Shown: positions 50,601 through 59,399 of the stretch, one piece after another
How positions within the stretch are numbered: position 1 is the first letter of the stretch
How the letters are laid out: each line of letters opens with the position of its first letter
NCBI GenBank assembly: GCA_947380295.1
Contig: CANCQK010000007.1
Location: 19,933 to 83,932 of the forward strand
DNA from: Bdellovibrionales bacterium
GTDB taxonomy: Bacteria; Bdellovibrionota; UBA1018
Direction: 5' to 3'
DNA length: 64,000 nucleotides
Program-made: the position numbers and the translations under genes
Notes under the pieces: generated by a model
The model's database searches: none
What the model was told of the DNA's origin: nothing
What the model saw: only the letters and a program-made list of their open reading frames with translations

Positions 50601-51243
50601 TTGCTATTGGGATCTGGACCCCTGTTTTTTGGAAAAGATCTTCAATGGCAATCAGTGCGGCTTTAATGTTCCGGGTGTCCTGACATGTTTCGATCAGAAA
50701 GTAGTCAACACCGCCTTCCATTAAGCCTTGGGCTTGAATGGAAAAGTTCTCGATCAGTTCTTGAAATGTCACGCCGCCGGTAACAGAGATCGCTTTGGTC
50801 GTAGGCCCAATTGCACCGGCAACGAATCGAGGCTTTTCCGGAGTTGTGAATGCATCTGCTTCGGCCCGCGCGAGTTGCGCAGCGATTCGATTTTGTTCTA
50901 GTGCGCGATGGCCTTGGGCATATTCGTTGAGCACCAGAGGTGTGCTTCCAAATGTGTTCGTTTCGACGATGTCGCAGCCCGCTTCGAGATAGCCTCGATG
51001 GATTTTTTTTACGAGTTCGGGTCGTGTGAAAACTAGGATCTCATTGCAGCCTTCCAAGTCAGGTCCGCCGAAATCATCAGCAGCCAGGTTAAGATCCTGG
51101 ATTGCTGTTCCCATTGCACCGTCGATTACAAGAATCCGCTTTTCAAGCTGCTCGATCAGGCCTTTGGCTCTATCAGTGGTTTTTGGGTTGGAGGAAGTGA
51201 ATGGGTGATGAACGCTAGATGTGGGCTTTGAATGTTGCATCAT
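47623..51243 (-). CDS. metH: Cobalamin-dependent methionine synthase
   Basis: DGAMGT, LNCATGP, GGCCGT, IVGERTN, GDVHDIGKNLV, RYSFGYPACP. Confidence 0.98.
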   Translation of the reverse strand: MMQHSKPTSSVHHPFTSSNPKTTDRAKGLIEQLEKRILVIDGAMGTAIQDLNLAADDFGGPDLEGCNEILVFTRPELVKKIHRGYLEAGCDIVETNTFGSTPLVLNEYAQGHRALEQNRIAAQLARAEADAFTTPEKPRFVAGAIGPTTKAISVTGGVTFQELIENFSIQAQGLMEGGVDYFLIETCQDTRNIKAALIAIEDLFQKTGVQIPIAISGTIEAMGTMLAGQSIEALLASVSHINLLYLGLNCATGPEFMTDAIRSLAKFSPFRVSCVPNAGLPDENGCYLETPDMVSKVLSRFVSQGWINVLGGCCGTHSGHIRALAQLAAQHSPRKPIPSERSVLSGVDYLEITDEMRPVIVGERTNVIGSKKFKTLICEEKFEEASEIARAQIKNGAQIVDICLANPDRDEIKDMRSFMEFAVKKIRAPWMIDSTDSQVIELALTYCQGKSIINSINLEDGEERFEQVVPFAKKYGAALVVGTIDDDPQQGMGVTRQRKLEIAERSYQLLTQKYGIPAEDIYWDPLVFPCATGDAQYLGSAVETIEGIRLIKARFPATRTVLGISNVSFGLPTAGREVLNSVFLYHCVQAGLDLAILNSEKLERYASIPEEEKKLAENLIFKGGQPEDVAAFTAHFRERKKVEVARERLPLMERLPHYIIEGSKDGLVNDLNEALQSLAPLEIINGPLMKGMDEVGRLFNTNQLIVAEVLQSAEAMKAAVSHLEQFMEKSEASLRGKIILATVKGDVHDIGKNLVEIILANNGFKVINLGIKVPPEQLIQAVREHQPDLVGLSGLLVKSAQQMVTTAEDLSKAGINTPILVGGAALSSNFVDQQIAKAYTTGTVAYAKDAMNGLDLAKTIVDPERFEKLKSDLAQRRTQLQNQKTQKAPAPAPVISEVRSSLIPILDTVPSPPDYERHILKNTPIQQIWNFINPLMLYGRHLGVRGSSVRLLERGVQDPSALKEISETDPKARKIWDTVQEVKEEYGETEVLRPSAIYQFFHAASQGNDLLIFDSKGPQGSKPAATFQFPRQRKIDGLCLADYTLPLDVKTPTAPKDSVAFFVVTAGRGVRQLAELLKNRGDYLKSHIIQALALETAEAYAELLHSQIRKAWGYPDPTEMRMIERFQAKYLGKRYSFGYPACPRLDDQALLWQLLNPTEIGVQLTEGMMMDPEASVSALVFHHPAATYFSVGQQSGDLINEDNRTG

Positions 51244-51249
51244 GTGCAG

Positions 51250-51277
51250 ACATTAGCAGAAATTTGAGAGGGTTCAA
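51250..51277 (-). promoter_or_regulatory. Extended -10 promoter of metH (apparently leaderless)
   Basis: TTGAAC-16 nt-(TGc)TAATGT, 6 nt before ATG, no SD. Confidence 0.45.
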
Positions 51278-51298
51278 GGTTTCTGCGTTTGATTAAAA

Positions 51299-51383
51299 TG
51301 GTGCGGCCGGACGGACTTGAACCGTCACACCTCTCGGTATACGCCCCTCAAACGTACGTGTCTACCAATTCCACCACGACCGC
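51299..51383 (-). tRNA. tRNA-Leu(GAG)
   Basis: GCGGTCG/CGGCCGC acceptor, TACGT-TTGAGGG-GCGTA, variable arm, CCA. Confidence 0.97.
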
Positions 51384-51595
51384 ATTTTGCATTCTCGAAG
51401 TGAGGGCTGATCCATTTACTAATCCCAGTTGCTCTCTGAGTCAAGCGGTGGTTTGGTCTCAGTGTTAATTTTAATGCCGGATGGCCGGTTGTCTGGCGTT
51501 TAGGTTGATTCGTGAACGTGTCCATTCCGAACTAGGCATCCAGTGGCTGCCGTGGTTTTTGGGTTTAAGTTGTAGATCGTGAAAGCTTCCAGTTT

Positions 51596-52717
51596 CTAGA
51601 TTGTACCAATGAGATGCAAGAGCTGCACTGAGATAAAGTAAACTAGGAGTCCACAGAAGTTGGCGATGCCATAGCCGGCAAGTCCTAAGATGAGTCCGAG
51701 GTAAACGCCCTCTTTCCAGTGTTTAGCTCGTGCCGTCGCTATTGCTGTATCAGCGCCCCCGATGAGCGTCTGAGACGCAATTGAGGTGTAGGAAAGAGGG
51801 ATACGCAGAAAATAACCGACGCCGTAGGTGACAGCCCCATGGATAAGTAGGATTGATAAAGGCATGATCACTAGGGAGATGGGGGCTTCTAAAATCCGTC
51901 TTGGGCTGGCGGTGGCCCCGCTGGAGAAAAAAAATGGAATAAAGAGGAATGACCCCATGGAGTAAGACGCTCTCAAATGCTTGCGAAGGGGTTTGATCTG
52001 ACTGATTAAGATCGCAATCGAAGTGACGTAAATCACCGTATGGATGCCCGTGAAGTACCCTCCGAGAAACTGAGAAATCAGTGCTGCTAAAATGGCGAAC
52101 GCAAGGCTTAATGTTGAACTGACAGGACTTAATGAAAGAGACAAGTCACTTGGGTCTTCGTCGTTTTTAGGTTCTATTTTCCTTTTTTGATCTGGATCGA
52201 GGGCGATCGTTGCAATCGTGACCACCATCCAAAGTCCAGTGATCATGCTGTCGATTGAGAAAGCAGAGATAAAGATCTCGTTTGGGACCCCAACCAGTTT
52301 AGCTACGGCAACTGCATTTTCATTGCCACCGATAAAGCTGGCTGTGAGTTGGGCGGCGATTTTAGCACCGTTGATGCCCAGTTCTCTTGAGCTCACGAGC
52401 GCAGTAATGACTCCACCTGCGATTGAAGACGCAGTACCGACAAAGAAAATTAGTAGTAATTTTTTAGGAAGTTTAAAGAATTGTTCGAGTCGCAAACTAA
52501 AGGCCATCTGAGCAATTGCAATCAGAGCAATCGGACCCATGAAAAAATCGTAGAGAGCATGCTCGTGTGGAATGATCCCTAGGCTTGATAAAAAAACGGC
52601 GGACAAAAGAGCAAGGCAGAGACCGGTGATGTGAGAAAGCCAGGTGACTTGATTCTCGACCCAAAGGCAGATACCGGTCGCAAGGCAAATGATGAAGAGG
52701 AGGGAGATCGCGTTCAT
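51596..52717 (-). CDS. DUF819 family membrane protein
   Basis: About 10 TM; ASFIGG.EN..AV, IASQ..IGG..TA.A.A..K.W, G.AGYGIAN. Confidence 0.85.
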   Translation of the reverse strand: MNAISLLFIICLATGICLWVENQVTWLSHITGLCLALLSAVFLSSLGIIPHEHALYDFFMGPIALIAIAQMAFSLRLEQFFKLPKKLLLIFFVGTASSIAGGVITALVSSRELGINGAKIAAQLTASFIGGNENAVAVAKLVGVPNEIFISAFSIDSMITGLWMVVTIATIALDPDQKRKIEPKNDEDPSDLSLSLSPVSSTLSLAFAILAALISQFLGGYFTGIHTVIYVTSIAILISQIKPLRKHLRASYSMGSFLFIPFFFSSGATASPRRILEAPISLVIMPLSILLIHGAVTYGVGYFLRIPLSYTSIASQTLIGGADTAIATARAKHWKEGVYLGLILGLAGYGIANFCGLLVYFISVQLLHLIGTI

Positions 52718-52966
52718 GGGTACGGTCTAGTTTTGTCGAAAATGCCCTGTATATCTTGGGGGAAAATGGTTCAATTTTGGTAAAAACTCAGCCGTCAGAA
52801 ACGTATCTGAGTCTGATTGATTGAGTCAATAAAAAAGCGGCCAGCTGATTCGAGCTCCAAAAGTCGACCGTTGGAGGTCCGGGAATCAACTAAAAGAGTT
52901 AGTTTATCAATACACTTGATTTGAGTCGGATGATCTGTTCTTTACAATGCTGAGACCAAGATTAAA

Positions 52967-54730
52967 ATGAAAAGTCAGTTTAGTTTAGAGAAGTTGAATC
53001 CTAAGATCGTTTTTAGGGCGGTGAGCCTAGCCTTGGTAGTGCTGCGAGCAGGGTATGGGGCTATTGCTTTTGCTGATTATTATGACATCGCTCGAGGAAA
53101 TCCCCTTTTGGTCTATAGCCCGGCAGATGTGGCATTGAGGACAGATATTTTCGGGTGGGATCATCAGGCCTATGAGACGGAGATTGCTTCAATTGCCCAG
53201 CGCTACTGCGTAGATACGGGTTTTCTTCCGTTCTATCCAAACGGCGCACGAATCGACTTTGATTTGGGAACATTTAAGGACGAAATTGAGATTTCTTCCT
53301 TGAATGGAAAAGTTCGGGTTGATAGGGCGCAATCCGAGATTGCGGTGTTGGGTACCTATGACTCTCCTGAGCGGATCCTTTTGAATACTGAGATTGAGCA
53401 AGTTCATCGGGAGCATCGACCTTACTTCATTTACCAGCAGCAGAAGGACTACCTCCCGATCACTTTTTCCCGTTTGGTGTGTTTCCACAAGAACTCCGGT
53501 CCTCCTGTTGTGAGTGGGAAGTTCGCGGCAGCATATCCTTCTGGTGGTATTGTCTTTGAAGATCGAGATGTCGAGATGTCGAATCCTCCGGCATCGATCG
53601 AAATTCGTTATCATCTGCCTACTCAAGAAATTACCCTGGGCGATTTACATGGTAACGCTCTCAAGTTGCTTTATTTTCTAGTGAGAGAAGGTATTTTTAA
53701 GATAAAAAGTGATGATTACTTCGAGTTTTGCAATATTTATGAGGAAGAGTCTCTGAGTGTTGCGTCGGCGTGGTTTTCTTTTCAGGGTGGCCCTGTTTCT
53801 GATTTGGATTCAATCAAGGTCGCCAAACTAGGTGCCATTTTAGAACGAATTGAAGTTAATCCTGCGCCCCCAAAAATTAGGCTGATTGGAGATACGCTTT
53901 CAGATCGGGGTGCTAACGATTACTTTACACTTAAAATTATTAAAAAATTGGGTGTGGCCCATGTTCCACTTGAAATTATTCTTTCTAACCATGATCTCGG
54001 ATTTATAGAATTCATACTAAATCTTTCTAGTTCTCCTCAGTCTTTGAATCCTGCGGATCTTTCAGAGCAGCTCGAACTTCTGAAGAGTAATAAGGTGGTC
54101 AAACCGAATGATTCATTGATTCGGATGGTTTTATCGGTGGTAGCCCTTCCTGAGATTTGGCCAGAAATTAATGAGATTTTCTCGAATTATTACCTACGGG
54201 CTTTGAAAGTTGTTTCAGTATCTGAAAATCCTGAAACGCAGCAGTTTGCGTACTTTTCTCATGCTTGGACAGGGCTAGAGGCAGTCGAAGCCTTGGCTAA
54301 AAGCTATGAGATTAAGGGGTGTTCGCACCTTGATCTGCGATTTAGTCGAGAAATGTTTAAGTTTTGCGTTACACAAATTAACCAAAAATTTAGGGATGAG
54401 CTAGTTACGGGAGACTTTCCAAGTCAAGGAATAATGCGACTGGATGAGCAAAGTCAGCAGTGGTTAATGTTTTTAGATAATTCGTTTTTAAAGCCAAATT
54501 TATCAAAAATTCCTTTGCTTTATTCGATTTGGAATCGTGGAGAGTATTGTTCTAGGAGAGAAGGCCATATTGCCTTACGGACATGGGTTCAAAAAATCGA
54601 GGGTCATTCAGTTCATTATTTATTTGGCCACGTTGGAGAGGATGCTCCATTAGGGAGCGGTAATTTAGATACTCATCTAGGTAAGTCCGCCACGGACCTT
54701 TCGGGAAATTATCGGATTTACCGCTTCTAA
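52967..54730 (+). CDS. Secreted metallophosphoesterase, Legionella WipA/WipB-like phosphatase domain
   Basis: ITLGDLHGNALKLLYFLVREG, RLIGDTLSDRGANDYFTLKI, EIILSNHD, FSHA, IWNR, FGHVG, LD..LGK. Confidence 0.8.
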   Translation: MKSQFSLEKLNPKIVFRAVSLALVVLRAGYGAIAFADYYDIARGNPLLVYSPADVALRTDIFGWDHQAYETEIASIAQRYCVDTGFLPFYPNGARIDFDLGTFKDEIEISSLNGKVRVDRAQSEIAVLGTYDSPERILLNTEIEQVHREHRPYFIYQQQKDYLPITFSRLVCFHKNSGPPVVSGKFAAAYPSGGIVFEDRDVEMSNPPASIEIRYHLPTQEITLGDLHGNALKLLYFLVREGIFKIKSDDYFEFCNIYEEESLSVASAWFSFQGGPVSDLDSIKVAKLGAILERIEVNPAPPKIRLIGDTLSDRGANDYFTLKIIKKLGVAHVPLEIILSNHDLGFIEFILNLSSSPQSLNPADLSEQLELLKSNKVVKPNDSLIRMVLSVVALPEIWPEINEIFSNYYLRALKVVSVSENPETQQFAYFSHAWTGLEAVEALAKSYEIKGCSHLDLRFSREMFKFCVTQINQKFRDELVTGDFPSQGIMRLDEQSQQWLMFLDNSFLKPNLSKIPLLYSIWNRGEYCSRREGHIALRTWVQKIEGHSVHYLFGHVGEDAPLGSGNLDTHLGKSATDLSGNYRIYRF

Positions 54731-54733
54731 ATT

Positions 54734-55522
54734 TTACAGGCTTTTTGTTCGTTCCAGATACGTACTAAATTCTTTTTTACCGATGTAGATGAGAGGAATG
54801 CGTTGATCTGCTTCCCATTTGTCCCAAAGCGCTCTTTTATGTCTTGATGAAAGGTTCGTGTGAGCCAACGAGGGGAGCTGATCCATGACTTTCTTATATT
54901 GCGAAGTATTGATCAGTGTGCAGGTCATTGCGCACTTTTTAGCTTTTTTTCGCTCCCGATGCCTATCCGAGGTGGGTGAGATTCCACTGCTAGTGGTTTC
55001 TTCTAATCCAGGGGATTCAGGGCAAAGCTCCCTGGGTGTGATGAGTTCTAAACTACCTGAAGTCGTGCGGGGTGAATACGAGGAACGTCCAGATTCCATT
55101 TCACTCAGCTCATCTGTCAAAGAATCATGAATTGCAATGAAACCCGAGTCTTGCTCAAAAATGAGTTCTTCGGTGGGGATGTCTTCTTCTTGCAATAGGT
55201 TCTCCAGGTTGGAGTGGATTCGTTCAAAAAGTTCCTTTTGTGTCGGGGTTATTTCTTCGTATTCACTCGGCGTTAGCGCTTCGACTGGAGAAAAAGACTT
55301 CGCGTTCGGATTAAGTTTGGGGGGGAGTGTCTCTTCAGGGAATATTTTTTCTATCGATGCTTCAATCCTAGCGTAGATCTCTCGCTGTTCTGGGGACAGG
55401 GTCTCAACCTCAACTTGGGCTTTATGAGGAGTGCTGGATGGATGGGATATTAGGGGAAGCAGGACTGCATACAAAAAATATGAATAGCTCATCATTGAAT
55501 TACTTTCCTCTCGAATTTGCAA
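54734..55522 (-). CDS. Acidic, probably secreted protein with PAM2-like motif
   Basis: Hydrophobic N-terminus (likely start 55495), two internal helical repeats, KLNPNAKSFSP, basic RHRERKKAKK patch. Confidence 0.7.
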   Translation of the reverse strand: MQIREESNSMMSYSYFLYAVLLPLISHPSSTPHKAQVEVETLSPEQREIYARIEASIEKIFPEETLPPKLNPNAKSFSPVEALTPSEYEEITPTQKELFERIHSNLENLLQEEDIPTEELIFEQDSGFIAIHDSLTDELSEMESGRSSYSPRTTSGSLELITPRELCPESPGLEETTSSGISPTSDRHRERKKAKKCAMTCTLINTSQYKKVMDQLPSLAHTNLSSRHKRALWDKWEADQRIPLIYIGKKEFSTYLERTKSL

Positions 55523-55694
55523 CTTTATAGGTTGATAAAGAGAGCTTGCAGAAATGACTCTTAATTGCTTAGGAGGATCGTGTGTATATCTTATTTATAA
55601 ATAATAATAAAGGGTTTTTTTGCTGGTTCTTGTTAAAAAAATAGGATTAAGATTTGACAGAAAAGCTCATGCAAACGAATATCATTAATACATT

Positions 55695-57731
55695 ATGAAA
55701 CTCATAAAATGGAAATTATGCATCTTTGGAATCTCTCTGCTACTTTCATGTAAACCTGGGTTTTGTGTTGAAAATATTACGTCCACCCCAGCCCAGAATA
55801 TCAAGGCTCAGTATGATGAGAATAGACTAAGACAAGTAGCTTCTGATCTTCGATGGAAGAAATTACTTCATTATAATCAATTCTTTCCTTGGAGCGGCAC
55901 CTCTGGGGAGGTTGACGGGGATGGATTCTATTTTTCTCCAAAGGGCAGAGTAGATCCGCTGAGTGAACTTAAGGCAACTCTATCTGCATTCGAGGTGAAT
56001 CAGAAGGTTGGCAAATTGAACCAGCCCGCAATTTGTGCATTTCCTGAGAGGCTTCGATTTCTAAAAGAGCAACTCCAAATTCAGATAACGGCTCCTGCAA
56101 AGGGTGATTGTCCTGAATATGATCATTTTATTTCTAAAATGGAATCTAAAACAGTAGAAATTGTATTCTCTTCTGCTTATTCCAGTAATCCAGGATCTAT
56201 GTTTGGACACACTCTCTTTAAATTTGTAAAGGGAAACAAGTCAGATCTTCTGGATCAAGGAGTGAGTTTTGCTGCGACCGTTCAGGCAAATAATGAAGGG
56301 GGTCTTCTCTATGTGCTATATGGCCTCTTCGGTGGATATTCCGGCGATTTTTCATTTCAACCCTACTATCAAAAAGTAAACGAATACATCAATTCTGAAA
56401 GTCGAGATCTATGGGAGTATCGGTTGAACTTATCGCCGGCTGAGACCCATTCTTTGATTAATAACTTATGGGAAATCGAGTCAAACTCATGGTTCGACTA
56501 CTATTTTATTAATAAGAATTGTTCTTATCAGCTATTGGCCGCTTTGGAAGTAGTTAAGCCAGATTGGGACTTATCATCCGGATGGTTTTTCGTAGTTCCA
56601 GCTGAAACCATTAAAAGGGTTTCAAAAATACCTGGTGCTATTACGCAGGTTCGGTTTCGACCGTCTTTAAAGCGTAAGTTAGAAGAGGGGATAGAGCTCC
56701 TTCCAATTAAGGAGAAAGTCGAATTCAAAAGACTGATCAATCGAGACGTTGATCCAGATCAAATAGACTCAAAGGATGTGCTTTCTGCGGCGATTCAATA
56801 CGTACAATACTTTAGAGCTGAAAAAGAAGGGAGCTTTGACGAAAGTCTCCGGGAATTTTGGAAAAAATTATTGGCTCGCCAAAACATTCTTTCTCAAGGA
56901 ATTCTCGTAAATGCTTCAGCTACTGTTTCTCCTGCGATAGCACTTAAATCTCCAGTCGGGAACCCTGCTCCTAATTCAGGTCAGGCTTCTGCATACGAGC
57001 AGCTTCCACAGGATCCTCCCGAATTAGGTCATGGTCCTTTCAGGTTGAGTCTTTCCCAAGGTGTTTTTCAGCGGGGAGGCCTGGATGGAGGTGGATTTGA
57101 GGAGTTTCACATTAAACCAGCTTATCACGACCTTCTAAATGACGATCGCGGGTATTTACCCTTCTCTGAAATTAATTTTCCTAACCTAACTCTCCGATAC
57201 TACCCTAATACTGCAGTCCTAAATCTTGAAACTCTCCAGTTAGTTTCAATGACGTCCCTTTCTCCATTTAGTTTCTTGGAAAAACGGGCTTCGTGGAAAG
57301 TGGATATTAAGATTGAAACACCGAAGGATTTAGCGTGCACCAACTGCCACGTATTTCATTCTGAAATGGGCTGGGGGGCAACTTTGAATCTCTTTTCTCC
57401 AAAGAGTTTACTCTACGGTTTAATCGGAGGTTACCTGGATGTGGGAGCTGGACTGGGTAGCTTTTACCGTTTTGGTCCCTCTGCTGAGTTGGGTGTACTG
57501 ACCAATCCATTCAAACCTTATAAACTTAGGCTGCGTGTTTTAGCTTATTCTGACATTTTTCAACCGGATAGACCACCTGCTTTTGGCACGCTGGAGCTCA
57601 GTCAATCTTTATCATTCCTTCCTCATTGGGAGGTTCGACTTGCTGCGTTAAGTGTTCAGGGTCTCGGTTCGTTAAATTATCGTTTTTCTAGCTATAGTGA
57701 GGGAAAGATTTCAGTTAACTACTATTTTTAA
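55695..57731 (+). CDS. DUF4105/Lnb-family outer-membrane protein
   Basis: W.KLLHY, C.FPER, PGSMFGHT, E.RDLWEY.LNL, YYF..KNCSY, RPS, C-terminal barrel ending YYF. Confidence 0.9.
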   Translation: MKLIKWKLCIFGISLLLSCKPGFCVENITSTPAQNIKAQYDENRLRQVASDLRWKKLLHYNQFFPWSGTSGEVDGDGFYFSPKGRVDPLSELKATLSAFEVNQKVGKLNQPAICAFPERLRFLKEQLQIQITAPAKGDCPEYDHFISKMESKTVEIVFSSAYSSNPGSMFGHTLFKFVKGNKSDLLDQGVSFAATVQANNEGGLLYVLYGLFGGYSGDFSFQPYYQKVNEYINSESRDLWEYRLNLSPAETHSLINNLWEIESNSWFDYYFINKNCSYQLLAALEVVKPDWDLSSGWFFVVPAETIKRVSKIPGAITQVRFRPSLKRKLEEGIELLPIKEKVEFKRLINRDVDPDQIDSKDVLSAAIQYVQYFRAEKEGSFDESLREFWKKLLARQNILSQGILVNASATVSPAIALKSPVGNPAPNSGQASAYEQLPQDPPELGHGPFRLSLSQGVFQRGGLDGGGFEEFHIKPAYHDLLNDDRGYLPFSEINFPNLTLRYYPNTAVLNLETLQLVSMTSLSPFSFLEKRASWKVDIKIETPKDLACTNCHVFHSEMGWGATLNLFSPKSLLYGLIGGYLDVGAGLGSFYRFGPSAELGVLTNPFKPYKLRLRVLAYSDIFQPDRPPAFGTLELSQSLSFLPHWEVRLAALSVQGLGSLNYRFSSYSEGKISVNYYF

Positions 57732-57816
57732 TTTAAACATAAAAAGTTGTAAATTTAAAAATACGATTTTATATTAGTAATATTGTATTTCAAAAAAAAA
57801 GGAGATTAGATCTGAT

Positions 57817-58350
57817 ATGAAAAAGATGATTAAAATGATTGGATTAATGAGTTTTTCAGCGCTATTGGTTGTTGGATCGGTTCATGCAGCCGAAGACGCT
57901 CCCCGTAATCAGGGTAACGAACTTTCCCCTAACCAGGGCAGCAATGAGTGTGGCCTTGGCTGGCAAGTGACGAAGCAAAAAACCTTGATGGGTACTTCTA
58001 CCCGTGGAACCACCAATTATTATCTGAGTCCAACCTGGAGTATGACTTCAGGTACTAGTGGATGTCAAAAGCATGATTTTGCAAAAAAAGACGAAGAAGC
58101 TGTGAAATACGTTGCTTCCAACTTCTATCCTCTGACTGCTGAAATGGCAGAAGGTCGCGGCGAGTATCTTGCTGGTTTGGCACAAGTAATGGGCTGCAGT
58201 GATTCAGTCGCCTCAAACTTCGGTCAAGCAACTCAAAAGTCGTTCAAAGCAATTACTAATAATGCAGATGCTTACGAGACGCTTCAAAATGTGAAGCATG
58301 TCATTGAAAATAATGCGATTTTGTCTCAAAATTGTTCTGCTACCATCTAA
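57817..58350 (+). CDS. DUF3015 family secreted protein
   Basis: CGLG, SMTSGTSGC, EMAEGRGEYL..LA..MGC. Confidence 0.88.
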   Translation: MKKMIKMIGLMSFSALLVVGSVHAAEDAPRNQGNELSPNQGSNECGLGWQVTKQKTLMGTSTRGTTNYYLSPTWSMTSGTSGCQKHDFAKKDEEAVKYVASNFYPLTAEMAEGRGEYLAGLAQVMGCSDSVASNFGQATQKSFKAITNNADAYETLQNVKHVIENNAILSQNCSATI

Positions 58351-58412
58351 TTAGCTAAATGATCTGAGATCACTCAGGTAGATGAGATCTGGATCGATAG
58401 TTATAAGATTAC

Positions 58413-59339
58413 ATGATTTTATCAGGTTTTAAAGGGAAGCAAATGCATCTACTCTGGAGGTATTTTCTTCCCTTTTTTTTGTTGTCTTTGGTTCTTCTGT
58501 CGCTAGGCTGTTCTTCATTACTTTACTACCCCAGTAGGGAACTCTTTTTCAATCCTCATCAGCTCAGTCTTAATCCTGACGAATTATGGATTCCTAGCGG
58601 CTCTCATCAATTCGTTCACGGCTGGTACTTCCATGCCAAAGATATACAAACTCCAAAAGGAGTTGTTGTTGTTTTTCACGGCAATGGGGAAAATTTATCC
58701 TCTCATTATTTGGATTTCGTTTGGTTACTCTTCAATGGCTATGATTTTTACATTTTCGATTACCGAGGGTATGGGAAATCGCCGGGAACTCCATCGCCTG
58801 AAGGAACTCTGGAGGATGGGAAGAGTGTCTTGGCTGCCATTTTTAAGAGAAACTCCAAACTTCCCATGATTGTTTTTGGCCAAAGCCTCGGCGGTAATGT
58901 CGCGATAAGAGCTGCGATTGAGGTACAGAAAGATATACCCATACAGCTGATGGTCATAGAATCTAGCTTTTTATCATATCAAGCAGCAGCTCGTGGCGTT
59001 CTTGCTCGTAACTGGTTAACCTGGATTTTTCAACCCCTCGCTTGCTTGGTGATTAGCGACTCTATGGCTCCCAAGGAGCAAATTGCGAAGATTTCACCTA
59101 TTCCTCTCGTGGTGATTCATGGGGATAGGGATCAAATTGTGAATTTTTCTCTGGGGCAAGAGCTGTATCAATTAGCTCAGGAGCCAAAGGAGTTTTGGAG
59201 CATTCCAGGAGGGGGTCATATTGATTCGCTTTGGCGCAAAAATCCGAATACCCGCCTACGACTGTTGAACAAGTTAGATAGCCTTTTTTGTCGGTATCCT
59301 TGTTTGCCTAAGCCACTAGATCATGGACCCACGATTTAA
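58413..59339 (+). CDS. Alpha/beta hydrolase lipoprotein
   Basis: Lipobox LGC; FHGNGEN, DYRGYGKS, GQSLGG, HGDRD, GGH. Confidence 0.92.
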   Translation: MILSGFKGKQMHLLWRYFLPFFLLSLVLLSLGCSSLLYYPSRELFFNPHQLSLNPDELWIPSGSHQFVHGWYFHAKDIQTPKGVVVVFHGNGENLSSHYLDFVWLLFNGYDFYIFDYRGYGKSPGTPSPEGTLEDGKSVLAAIFKRNSKLPMIVFGQSLGGNVAIRAAIEVQKDIPIQLMVIESSFLSYQAAARGVLARNWLTWIFQPLACLVISDSMAPKEQIAKISPIPLVVIHGDRDQIVNFSLGQELYQLAQEPKEFWSIPGGGHIDSLWRKNPNTRLRLLNKLDSLFCRYPCLPKPLDHGPTI

Positions 59340-59399
59340 AGCGAAATTTTTTTAGGGCTCATTGTATGCTTGCAGATTGAAGTCCCGGATTGGGCCTTC

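Noticed and set aside
51244-51298. SAM or cobalamin riboswitch upstream of metH
   Set aside because: Only 55 nt between tRNA and ATG, with no conserved riboswitch core
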